Source: Promethearchaeota archaeon (GTDB lineage Archaea; Asgardarchaeota; Lokiarchaeia; Sigyniarchaeales; SOKP01). From it: a stretch of 32,202 bases of DNA. A program made the position numbers and the translations under genes. The stretch covers positions 111,565 to 143,766 of the forward strand of contig JAHPZI010000007.1 in the NCBI GenBank assembly GCA_019058295.1, in the 5' to 3' direction. Under the pieces are notes generated by a model. It searched no databases, was not told where the DNA came from, and worked only from the letters and a program-made list of their open reading frames with translations. Below are positions 17,965 to 26,980 of this stretch, piece by piece (position 1 is the stretch's first letter; the number at the start of each line of letters is the position of its first letter).

Positions 17965-18987
17965 ATGAAAGAAGAAAATAATTCTAAAGAAGAAATTTTC
18001 TTTGAGGATATTGTAAAAAAAAGTAAGACAGGGATTACTTTTCCTAAAAGTTTAAGAGATGAATTATTCGCAGAAAATCAAGATATTTTCTTCAAAATGA
18101 CTGTGCCTCAAGAAAAAGACAAAATCATTCTGGAAATAGTATCAGAAGAACAAGCTAAACTGCTTTCTGATAAATTAAAAAAGCAAAAACCTCAAGTATC
18201 AAGATCAAAGAAACAGGAAATAAAGAGTATAGAAAAAAAACCTGTTAGCTTGCAACCGAATTGGGGGGAATATTTTGTCTATGATTTTGATAATCAAGAA
18301 AAAGTACAACCCATATTAGAGTCTGCGTTCTATAAATTTGCAGAAAAGCCTCCAAATTTAGAAGATGCAATGGGCAGAGTTAAATACGCTTTAATTTCCT
18401 TCTTAAGTTCAACAAAGACTGATAATGCTAAATTATATTTTTCTATCATTAAATTCCTCGTTGATGTCATTGAAAAATTTAATCAACCTAATTTAATTGA
18501 TTGGATCTTTGAAAAAATTATCCCAAATATTAAGAGTAAATACTTATACGAATTAGCTTTATTAGAGATGGTTGATATTAGTCTTAGGACAAAGCGATTT
18601 GAAAAGGCTGAAACCTATATCTTTTATGTTTTAAAAAATATTGATGATTACCCGAAAAGCGAGATGTACAATATTATGAACTCATTTAAACAGCTGGTTA
18701 AAACAATTCTAAATGTTGAGAAAACACATGAGATAGAGAGATCAACTAAGATTGATATATTACTTAAAGAAAAGCTATTAGAATATGGAGAAGGGGCTGA
18801 AGATATTGATTATAAGATTCAAATTGTCGAATTTTTAGAGGATTTAAATTATATCGAACTCGCTTATAAATTAGCTAAGGATATTCAAGTGAATTTACCT
18901 TCAGAGAGTGTAAGAATTGAGGAAGTTCGAAAAATAGTAAGACGACTACACTCCGCACCGATAACAGAACAAAAAGATGTTAATTAA
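17965..18987 (+). CDS. AbrB/SpoVT-like N-terminal domain plus alpha-helical repeat region
   Basis: IVKKSKTGITFPKSLRDEL...KDKIILEIV resembles the swapped-hairpin motif (GxhxIPKxhRxxL). It is followed by a charged linker and TPR-like helices. Starts 9 nt after the upstream gene. Confidence 0.5.
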   Translation: MKEENNSKEEIFFEDIVKKSKTGITFPKSLRDELFAENQDIFFKMTVPQEKDKIILEIVSEEQAKLLSDKLKKQKPQVSRSKKQEIKSIEKKPVSLQPNWGEYFVYDFDNQEKVQPILESAFYKFAEKPPNLEDAMGRVKYALISFLSSTKTDNAKLYFSIIKFLVDVIEKFNQPNLIDWIFEKIIPNIKSKYLYELALLEMVDISLRTKRFEKAETYIFYVLKNIDDYPKSEMYNIMNSFKQLVKTILNVEKTHEIERSTKIDILLKEKLLEYGEGAEDIDYKIQIVEFLEDLNYIELAYKLAKDIQVNLPSESVRIEEVRKIVRRLHSAPITEQKDVN

Positions 18988-19004
18988 TATTTTAAAATTG
19001 ATTA

Positions 19005-20183
19005 TTATTCATCTTCAAATCGTTCTTTAATTTGTTTAGGTCCATGGTTAATAATTTCTTGCTCTTTGCGCTTTATTTCTTTTTGTTTCAATTCTAATTC
19101 AATATTGGTTATTTGCTTCTCTTTTTCAATTAATTCTTCTTTTAATTTAATTGCTTTCTCTTTTTCAAGAATAGCTTTTTTTTCTAATTCTTTTTCCTTC
19201 TCTTCTAACTCTAATTTTTTCTTTTCAATTTCTAAATCTACTTTTTTTAGTTCTAATTTCTTATCAAGAATTTCTTCTTCTGATTTTTCTAACTCTTCTG
19301 TTGTGATTTCTTCTTGAGCTTTTTCAATTAATTCTATTTCTTTATCTTCCAATAATTCTTTTTTTATTTTTAGTGCCTTTTCTTTTTTTTCAATAGCTTT
19401 TTCTTCTAATTCTTGCACTTTTTCTTTAAGCTCTAATTGTTCTTTTTTTAGCTCTATTTTTTTCTTTTTTAATTCACTTTCTTCCTTAAAGATTTTTTCT
19501 TCTGCTTCTGCCTCTTTACCTTCTTCTTCTACAATCTCCTCAATTCTTTCAACTGTTACAATAGACTTTAAGATAAGATCTATTCTTTTCTTTAATTCTT
19601 CTTTTTCAGGACAACTTTTTGCATATTCTTTTAGAATATGAGTTATTACTGAAGGTGATTTCTTTCCAATCACTTTTAAAACTTGTATTGCTTTTTCAAC
19701 TACGAACTCCTTCTCGTCATTTAGTTTAGATACTATTGCTTCAAAAAGAGATTGTTGTTCAATATCTAATTTCTCGCCTCCAGCCATAAAGATTAAAAGT
19801 TGTAAATTAGCCTCTCGAACATTTGGATCATCTGAATTCAATAAATTTTCGCTGTAGGGTAAAAATAAATCGCCCTCGTTCTCACATATATCTTTTAATA
19901 ATAAAAGAAATGAATACCGTAATATTGGGTCTTTTTTGGAGAGATTTTCAATCAAACCAGGAATATCGATAATATTATTTTCTATAAGAAATCTTATTAC
20001 AGTTCTTCCTCCATGAAGAGGTGAAATTGTTTCTATAATATTTTCGAGTGCTTCTATATAATTCTCTTCCGTAGTTTGGTTTAAATAATGAGCAATTCTT
20101 TTCACAGCATCATCAATCTTTCCCTCTCCAATCAATTCTTTCACTTTTTCCATTTCTCTTCGCTCATTTTCGGTTTCTGTCAT
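19005..20183 (-). CDS. HEAT/ARM-repeat protein with long E/K-rich coiled-coil tail
   Basis: HEAT-like units (LLNSDDPNVREA, KLNDEKEFVVEKAIQVL). The C-terminal ~170 aa are E/K-rich heptads with a 74-aa internal repeat. GAGG precedes the ATG. Confidence 0.75.
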   Translation of the reverse strand: MTETENERREMEKVKELIGEGKIDDAVKRIAHYLNQTTEENYIEALENIIETISPLHGGRTVIRFLIENNIIDIPGLIENLSKKDPILRYSFLLLLKDICENEGDLFLPYSENLLNSDDPNVREANLQLLIFMAGGEKLDIEQQSLFEAIVSKLNDEKEFVVEKAIQVLKVIGKKSPSVITHILKEYAKSCPEKEELKKRIDLILKSIVTVERIEEIVEEEGKEAEAEEKIFKEESELKKKKIELKKEQLELKEKVQELEEKAIEKKEKALKIKKELLEDKEIELIEKAQEEITTEELEKSEEEILDKKLELKKVDLEIEKKKLELEEKEKELEKKAILEKEKAIKLKEELIEKEKQITNIELELKQKEIKRKEQEIINHGPKQIKERFEDE

Positions 20184-20205
20184 TTTAACCTCATTTTTTA
20201 TTGAT

Positions 20206-21180
20206 TTATTTAAATTTTATTCCATTTAAATGCAACTCATAATAGTCAAAATATAATCGATAAAGGAAATTGAATAAAAGCCTTAAATCCCTATACTTTA
20301 ATGAATTTATTTTTTTTACGCCACTATAATTATTTGTTTCCAAATTTAAATATAATTTTATTACGAGATTATGAGTATATTGATTAATATTTAGGGAGAT
20401 TTTTTTACTAATTTCTAACAAAGCATCAAGATCTTTTGGAAATATATTCCAGAAATAATCATCCAATTTTGACAAATTTTCTTCCATATTTGGATCGCTG
20501 GAAATATTAGAGACTACATCCCTTGGCACAACTGCGGAGATTTCTACAAATTTTAGAGGATTATATTTTACTTTAAAATCTGGAAAGAAAAGTCTTCGGT
20601 AAAGTTCACATAAACTATATAAAATTTCTAAACTTACTATATTTTCTTTATTAGCATTACAAAGCGCATATTTTTCGTTAATAAAAATAACATGAATCCT
20701 TTCACCATACTTGAAAATAATATAATTTTCAGTTAATTGATAGTGAAAATCTTCGCCTTTTTCTATTCTTTCATTAAAAATCTTTAATAAATCGTCCCAA
20801 TTCTTAAATGAAATGAATTTATTTAATTTTCGATAATCTCCATGAAAAAACACATCTAGAAAATCAATTAAATATAAATATGCATCAATAGGTTTGTAAA
20901 CAACAGTTTTCCCGTAAAAATCTCGATATAATACATTTTTATGAACGCTATAGCAAAATTTTGGAATATCATCTATAGTTAAATTGTTTTTTATTCGCAG
21001 TCTAAGTAAAAATCTCCGGGTGCACATAGGAGTTAGTGTACAAGCTATACGATCTATCTCACATTCTTCAAAACATAACTTATCAATTCTCTTTATTAAC
21101 ATGTAAAGTAATTCTGTATTCAATTTGTCATTTGAGGTGTTTTCTAAGAATTTTTCAATGTTTTCAGGATCTAGGGGCAT
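20206..21180 (-). CDS. Hypothetical protein with N-terminal Cys cluster
   Basis: 324-aa ORF containing CFEECEIDRIACTLTPMC. No recognised family. Confidence 0.7.
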   Translation of the reverse strand: MPLDPENIEKFLENTSNDKLNTELLYMLIKRIDKLCFEECEIDRIACTLTPMCTRRFLLRLRIKNNLTIDDIPKFCYSVHKNVLYRDFYGKTVVYKPIDAYLYLIDFLDVFFHGDYRKLNKFISFKNWDDLLKIFNERIEKGEDFHYQLTENYIIFKYGERIHVIFINEKYALCNANKENIVSLEILYSLCELYRRLFFPDFKVKYNPLKFVEISAVVPRDVVSNISSDPNMEENLSKLDDYFWNIFPKDLDALLEISKKISLNINQYTHNLVIKLYLNLETNNYSGVKKINSLKYRDLRLLFNFLYRLYFDYYELHLNGIKFK

Positions 21181-21371
21181 ATTCTAAAAATTTTGGAAAG
21201 CAAATATTATTCTTAAAGTTACCATAATTATGAACTTAAATATTATTTATTATTTTTCGTGAAAATACCATTATATCGATGTTTGAGAAATTATTAATAT
21301 GAATTATTTCTTCTTATCTAATATATTTAATTTCAATTAATAGTTCCATTGAATTTTTTAACTATTGTAAA

Positions 21372-21887
21372 ATGGATGAAAAGAATAATTCTGAAAAAAA
21401 GGAAAGATTTACAGCTCCAGAGCAAATAAAATTTCGTAAAGAAATCTCAGTGAAATCCCTCCCTAAAACACCCTTTTCAGAAAAATCAGTTGAATCAGAG
21501 AAATCCTCACCAAAATTATCATTGAAACCAGAAGATATTAAATTAAGTTTTAAAAGTAAGATTGAGAGAATTCAAAAAGTTAAGAGCAATATAACCATTA
21601 AATCCACCACAGAAAAACCAATCGAGGGAGAAAAACTTCCTGTTAAACCTTCTTTAAAAATTCCATTTAAAATTCACAAACCAAACTTAACGGATGAAAT
21701 AGCTATAGATAAAGAATTTAATTGGGTAAATAAATTGCAACAGTTTATTGAGAAAAGAGATAGTACATTGAAAACTAGATTATGTGAGAGATTTATTTCC
21801 GAATTGTTAGATTCTTTAAAAGAACCATTAAAATTGGAAGATCTTAAGTATGCTGCAGATTGTTTTGTACAGTTAGAAAATTTATAA
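21372..21887 (+). CDS. Hypothetical protein with a K/P/S/E-rich disordered N-terminus and small helical C-terminal domain
   Basis: 171-aa ORF with biased composition, co-oriented with the downstream GTPase. Confidence 0.65.
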   Translation: MDEKNNSEKKERFTAPEQIKFRKEISVKSLPKTPFSEKSVESEKSSPKLSLKPEDIKLSFKSKIERIQKVKSNITIKSTTEKPIEGEKLPVKPSLKIPFKIHKPNLTDEIAIDKEFNWVNKLQQFIEKRDSTLKTRLCERFISELLDSLKEPLKLEDLKYAADCFVQLENL

Positions 21888-21960
21888 GATATAAAAATTT
21901 ATTAAATTTAGAGAAAACTCTAAATTTACATTCATATTATTTTCTTTAGGTGAACAGGGA

Positions 21961-22614
21961 TTGGGAGAAGATATTGATATAAAATTAGTGGTTCTAGGAG
22001 AGGGAAATACAGGGAAAACATCGCTAATAAATAAATTTTTGGGCAAAGAGATTTCAGATAGTTATGTCCCAACAATTGGATATAAGATAAACCAGAAAGA
22101 ATATATTTTAGAAAACAAGAAAATTCGAATAAATATTTGGGATTGCTGTGGTAAAAAAGCCTTCAATGAGGTCAATCCTACGGTCTATAAAAATATTGAT
22201 GGTGCATTTTTAGTTTTTGACCTATCTAGACCAGAAGAAACGATAAAAAATCTAAAAAAAGATCATGTTAAACACTTAGATTATTATGCTAAAGGAGTAG
22301 AGGAAGGAATTCTCTTTATAGTTGGAAATAAATTAGATTTAGTTTTAGTTAATAAGGATTTAGAACCTGTAAAAAATTATTTATCTGAAGATGATTTAAT
22401 AATAGCCATGTCCGCTTTGACTGGAGAGAATGTAAATGAATGTTTTGAATTGTTAGTCTATACAGTATTAAAGCAAACTAATAAAGATGAAGTTGCTAAA
22501 GAATTCATACAATTCATTGGTAAAACAGAGGAAGAATTAATAAATCAAGTGATAGATATAGCGAATATTGATATACTTTTACTAAAAGAAAAAGTAAAAC
22601 TTATAGAAAAATGA
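21961..22614 (+). CDS. Rab-like small GTPase with atypical switch II
   Basis: GEGNTGKTS, YVPTIG, WDCCGK, NKLD and SALTG. The TTG start is preceded by AGGTGA. Confidence 0.88.
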   Translation: MGEDIDIKLVVLGEGNTGKTSLINKFLGKEISDSYVPTIGYKINQKEYILENKKIRINIWDCCGKKAFNEVNPTVYKNIDGAFLVFDLSRPEETIKNLKKDHVKHLDYYAKGVEEGILFIVGNKLDLVLVNKDLEPVKNYLSEDDLIIAMSALTGENVNECFELLVYTVLKQTNKDEVAKEFIQFIGKTEEELINQVIDIANIDILLLKEKVKLIEK

Positions 22615-22760
22615 TTCATGTAAGAACGGAATTTGCTTTTTAATAATCCCAAATTAAATAGTTTTAAATAAATCCTTTAAAACTATTATTTATAAGATAA
22701 ATTTATTCTTATTATAATATAATAAGAAGACTAAATGAGGGAGTATTTTAAATTAAAAAT

Positions 22761-23405
22761 ATGGATAAAGAAGATGAAGAGGAGGATTATTATGCTCCTA
22801 TCGTGCCCCCTCCTCGCATAACCCGCACAATTCCCTTAGATTCAGAAGAATTATCTCAAGATCTATTAAAAAAGTTAGAAAAAATTGATACTGAAAATGT
22901 TAAACCTATTATCATCAAATGTGAGAGATGTAATAAATACGTTTTACTCCCAATTCCAATTCAGCCGGTTTTAGACTCAGAAAAAAGAGAGGTTCTTATT
23001 AACTATGTTCATGAAGACAAAAAAAACAATGATAAACATTGCCTATTATTTGAAGTGGATCACAATTTTAATATAATATTACCAAAGATAATTGAAGTTA
23101 TTATTTCTACAAAAAAAGAAGAAAATGAGGAGACTGAAAAATCCCCAGGTATTACGTATGTCTTAATTAATTGTGAAGTATGTAATGAAAATATTCATGT
23201 ACCGGTTCCAAATAAAATAATTGAAGAATCAAAATTACCAAAAACTCCCATTACTTATGTTCATAAAGGTAAAGAAAATGATGATCCTCACTCTGTTATT
23301 CTATATTTAGATAGCAATTTCGCCGATCGAGATACAAGATTTCCAGATGTTCTTATCCTATATCTATTTCCTTATTGGTTAAAAAAGAAATTTTATTTCA
23401 CATAA
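22761..23405 (+). CDS. Protein with two tandem CxxC/HH putative zinc-binding domains
   Basis: CERC-x26-H-x8-H-x6-DHNF and CEVC-x26-H-x8-H-x6-DSNF, preceded by an acidic/Pro-rich N-terminus. Confidence 0.7.
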   Translation: MDKEDEEEDYYAPIVPPPRITRTIPLDSEELSQDLLKKLEKIDTENVKPIIIKCERCNKYVLLPIPIQPVLDSEKREVLINYVHEDKKNNDKHCLLFEVDHNFNIILPKIIEVIISTKKEENEETEKSPGITYVLINCEVCNENIHVPVPNKIIEESKLPKTPITYVHKGKENDDPHSVILYLDSNFADRDTRFPDVLILYLFPYWLKKKFYFT

Positions 23406-23564
23406 AAATATGTAAAATTCTAAAAATCATCTCTTAATTAAAAGGATAGAAACTAAGACCTTACCCTTCTAGTAATTACTTGGTTAATAATTAATGTTTA
23501 ATTATTTAATAAAATAGTAAAATTAGAATATTTAAGATATTATATATTTCAAAGTTGATAATTT

Positions 23565-24887
23565 ATGGTAAATTGTTTAATTGTTGGTCATGGAGCAAGA
23601 GAACACGTAATAGGTGAATCTTTAGTTCAAAGTGGCGCTAATTTATTTGCCTTTATGAGTTTTAAAAATGCAGGTTTAGAAGATTTAAGCAAAGGGAACA
23701 TAAAAATTCATTCTGAAACTGATTTCAAAGAAATAATTGAATTTGCAAAAGATAAAAAAATTGACTTTGCAGTTATCGGCCCAGAAGCACCCTTATGCGT
23801 GGGAATTGTAGATGCTCTAGAAAAAAGTAATATCCCTTGTATTGGTCCAAAAATAGAGGCTGCCCAATTGGAAGGTTCAAAAATATTCACCCGAAATTTG
23901 CTTAAAAAATATAAAATTCCCTCAAATATTGAAAGTGAGAGTTTTAACTCAATGGACGGCCTAAAAAGTTATATTAAAGATTTAGGTAAGGAAAATATTG
24001 TTGTAAAACCTGATGGTTTAACTGGTGGAAAAGGTGTCAAAGTATATGGAGATCACCTTTTTTCTACACAAGATATTTTAGATTACTGTCAAGAAATAAT
24101 AAATCAGAAAAGCCCATTTATTCTGGAAGAAAAATGCAATGGAGAGGAATTTACATTACAAACCTTTGTCGATGGGACAAATGTCATTAGAACACCTTTA
24201 GTTCAAGATCATAAAAGAGCATATGAAAATGACGAAGGGCCGAATACTGGAGGGATGGGATCGTATTCCATGGAAAATCACCTTATGCCTTTCATTGATA
24301 AAAATGATGTCGAAATGGCCTTAGAAGACATGAAAAAAGTGGTTGCTGCAGTTAAAGCAGAAACAGATGTAGAGTATAAAGGTTTTTTATACGGTCAATA
24401 TATGAAAACGTCTAAAGGTATAAAATTAATTGAATTTAACGCTAGATTTGGAGATCCTGAAGCAATGAATGTTTTACCTCTCTTAAAGAGTAATTTTGTA
24501 GACATTTGCCAAGGAATAATAGACGGGAAATTAACTAATAATGTAGAATTTGAGAAAAAAGCAACGGTCTGTAAGTATTTAGCTCCCGAGGGATATCCGG
24601 TTTCACCAAAAAAAGATGAAATAGTAAAAATTGATGTAAATAAAATGGAAAAGATTGGAGCTAAATATTATTATGCTTCAGTTTATAGAGATAATGATAA
24701 GATCTACACTACTACATCGAGAGCAATTGGAGTCTTAGGTATAGCTGAAAACCTTGAAAATGCAGAAAAAATCGCAGAACAAGGTGTAAGTTGTGTTGAG
24801 GGAAAATTATTCCACCGAAAAGATGTGGGTACTCAACAATTACTTCAGAAAAGAATTGAGCACATGAATTCAATCTTAAAGAAGTGA
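23565..24887 (+). CDS. purD: Phosphoribosylamine--glycine ligase
   Basis: VGHGAREH, VIGPEAPL, QLEGSK, VVKPDGLTGGKGV, QDHKRAYENDEGPNTGGMG and EFNARFGDPE. Confidence 0.97.
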   Translation: MVNCLIVGHGAREHVIGESLVQSGANLFAFMSFKNAGLEDLSKGNIKIHSETDFKEIIEFAKDKKIDFAVIGPEAPLCVGIVDALEKSNIPCIGPKIEAAQLEGSKIFTRNLLKKYKIPSNIESESFNSMDGLKSYIKDLGKENIVVKPDGLTGGKGVKVYGDHLFSTQDILDYCQEIINQKSPFILEEKCNGEEFTLQTFVDGTNVIRTPLVQDHKRAYENDEGPNTGGMGSYSMENHLMPFIDKNDVEMALEDMKKVVAAVKAETDVEYKGFLYGQYMKTSKGIKLIEFNARFGDPEAMNVLPLLKSNFVDICQGIIDGKLTNNVEFEKKATVCKYLAPEGYPVSPKKDEIVKIDVNKMEKIGAKYYYASVYRDNDKIYTTTSRAIGVLGIAENLENAEKIAEQGVSCVEGKLFHRKDVGTQQLLQKRIEHMNSILKK

Positions 24888-24973
24888 TTTAGCGAGAATC
24901 TTTACTGCTATATTATTTTATATTTTATAATAATCATTTTATAATAGTATTATACTTTCTTTTAAATTGAATA

Positions 24974-25459
24974 ATGTCAGAATCTTGGGACTCTAAAAAT
25001 AAAAAATTCAACTCATTAATTAAACAGTTATTCCATGCTGATAATTGGCAAAAAAGAGCAGAGGCTGCCCGTGAGCTAGGGTTAATGAAAGATGGAAGAG
25101 CTGTAAACTTGCTCTGTCGTGCGCTAAAATCAGAAAAAGACAATTTGGTTCAAAATCGAATTATTGAAGCAATGGGCAGGATTGGAGATTGTCGAGCAAC
25201 TATGCGCATCATTGAAAAACTTGAAGAGCATCTTAATCAAGAAACTATTGACAAATATAGAATAATTTACATTATAGAGAGCCTTATGAATATTAAAGAT
25301 AAAAGAGCTTTAGCTTCAATTGGTCAATTTTTAAACAATTCTGACGAGGATTTAAAAAAATTAGCAGAAAACGCATTTGATATAATAGAACCAAATTGGC
25401 GCCAAATAGTAAAGCAGGAAAGAAAAGAGAAATCAATAGAGGAAATTTTTAAAATTTAA
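24974..25459 (+). CDS. HEAT-repeat (PBS lyase-like) protein
   Basis: WQKRAEAARELGLMKDGRAVNLLCRAL, VQNRIIEAMGRIGDCRA and IIESLMNIKDKRA. Confidence 0.85.
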   Translation: MSESWDSKNKKFNSLIKQLFHADNWQKRAEAARELGLMKDGRAVNLLCRALKSEKDNLVQNRIIEAMGRIGDCRATMRIIEKLEEHLNQETIDKYRIIYIIESLMNIKDKRALASIGQFLNNSDEDLKKLAENAFDIIEPNWRQIVKQERKEKSIEEIFKI

Positions 25460-25568
25460 ATATATATTTATACTGACTTCCACAAACTCGATTTTTATCT
25501 ACGGAAACCGAAATTAATAAATAATGCTTCTTTTGTAATAATAAATTCTATGAGATCTATTTTCCAAA

Positions 25569-26888
25569 ATGAGAAGTGAAAGGAATTTTTTCAATAAGAA
25601 TCAAACTCATATCAATAATACTGCTGAAAATGAGCGATTTAGTAGATTTTCAACTATTATATATTCAATTAGGGCCATCTGCATAATTTTTATCATAATA
25701 TTTCACATAGGATATTGGTTTCTTACAATTAGACATTATTCCAATATTTATCTTCTAATGATTTACGATATCGCGAATATCGGACTTGATCTCTTTTTTT
25801 TTTTAAGTGGTATGTTATTAGTTATTAACATACTAAATCGTAATTATGAAAATCTTTCTTGGCTAAATTGGTATAAAAAGCGTGTAATGAGAATTTTTCC
25901 GGCTTATTGGCTAGTGCTTTCGGTAATAATTTTTCTTGAATTTTTAATATTTGGTAATATTTACGAATTATGTGCAATTTTAATTAATTTTAGTGGATTT
26001 CAAGCTTTATATATAGACAATCCAAATTTCATTCTTATTCATTTTATTTATTGGTATATTACTGTAATATTAAGTTGCTACATAATATTTCCATTACTGT
26101 TTATTGCTTTAAGAAAAAATTTTAAAGGATCAATTTTAATAGGAGTTATTTTATTTGCGCTTTTTTTTTATTTTAACGCTAACTTTGAAATAATTATAAA
26201 ATTTTTATCAAAGATTACAACCATACAACAGGGAACAATCAAGTTTTATTTTTATAAATATTTTGTTTTTTTCTTTGGAATGGTTTTTGGCTATTGGATT
26301 GGAGAAAATAATATGGAAAATCTTGAAAAAATGTATGAATTAAAAATAGGAATAACTCTTTTTATTCTCTTAACAATTACATTCTTAATGATTATAGAAG
26401 GTTATTCCAGATGGTTTTTCCCATTTATAACTTTTATTTTTATTCCATTTCTTCTATTTATATTCAATAAATTTTTTAAAGCCAACAAATTTCTAACGTT
26501 CTTTGGAAAAAGATCTTATGAAATTTATTTAGTCCACAGTTTCATACATATTATACTTTTCCATTTCTTTTTTGATTTAATATCTTTGCCTGTGGACCTT
26601 GTTTTTGAACTATTGATCTTACCAATTTGGTTAATATTTATTTTCTTTTTTGCTTATTTGTTTCATAATTTAGTGAATCAAATTATAAGAAAAGAAGAAA
26701 TTCATATATATATATATGTATTTGCTTTAAGCTTATTTATTTTTACATCTATATGTATTTTCTTAGCTTTTATTTTATCATTTATATTCGCTCTATGCAT
26801 ATATGGGTCCATTATCTTATTTCTAATATTATTTAATATATTTTATAAAAAAAGATCAAAAAGATTTGAAAATTTGAATCAAAATTAA
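25569..26888 (+). CDS. Acyltransferase family 3 (OafA-like) membrane O-acyltransferase
   Basis: IRAICIIFIIIFH, GLDLFFFLSG, KKRVMRIFPAYW and GKRSYEIYLVH, with more than 10 TM helices. Confidence 0.88.
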   Translation: MRSERNFFNKNQTHINNTAENERFSRFSTIIYSIRAICIIFIIIFHIGYWFLTIRHYSNIYLLMIYDIANIGLDLFFFLSGMLLVINILNRNYENLSWLNWYKKRVMRIFPAYWLVLSVIIFLEFLIFGNIYELCAILINFSGFQALYIDNPNFILIHFIYWYITVILSCYIIFPLLFIALRKNFKGSILIGVILFALFFYFNANFEIIIKFLSKITTIQQGTIKFYFYKYFVFFFGMVFGYWIGENNMENLEKMYELKIGITLFILLTITFLMIIEGYSRWFFPFITFIFIPFLLFIFNKFFKANKFLTFFGKRSYEIYLVHSFIHIILFHFFFDLISLPVDLVFELLILPIWLIFIFFFAYLFHNLVNQIIRKEEIHIYIYVFALSLFIFTSICIFLAFILSFIFALCIYGSIILFLILFNIFYKKRSKRFENLNQN

Positions 26889-26980
26889 ATCAAATACTTA
26901 GGTAATAAAAATTTAATAATAAGGTTATTTAAAATATTCTTATTCTTTATATCTTGTAATTATTAATCTATCTTTAAACG

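Noticed and set aside
824-24887. Selenocysteine readthrough at TGA stops (826, 5112, 10734, 22614, 24887)
   Set aside because: Each is followed shortly by another in-frame stop or non-coding-like sequence, the proteins look complete, and no SECIS-like hairpin was seen.
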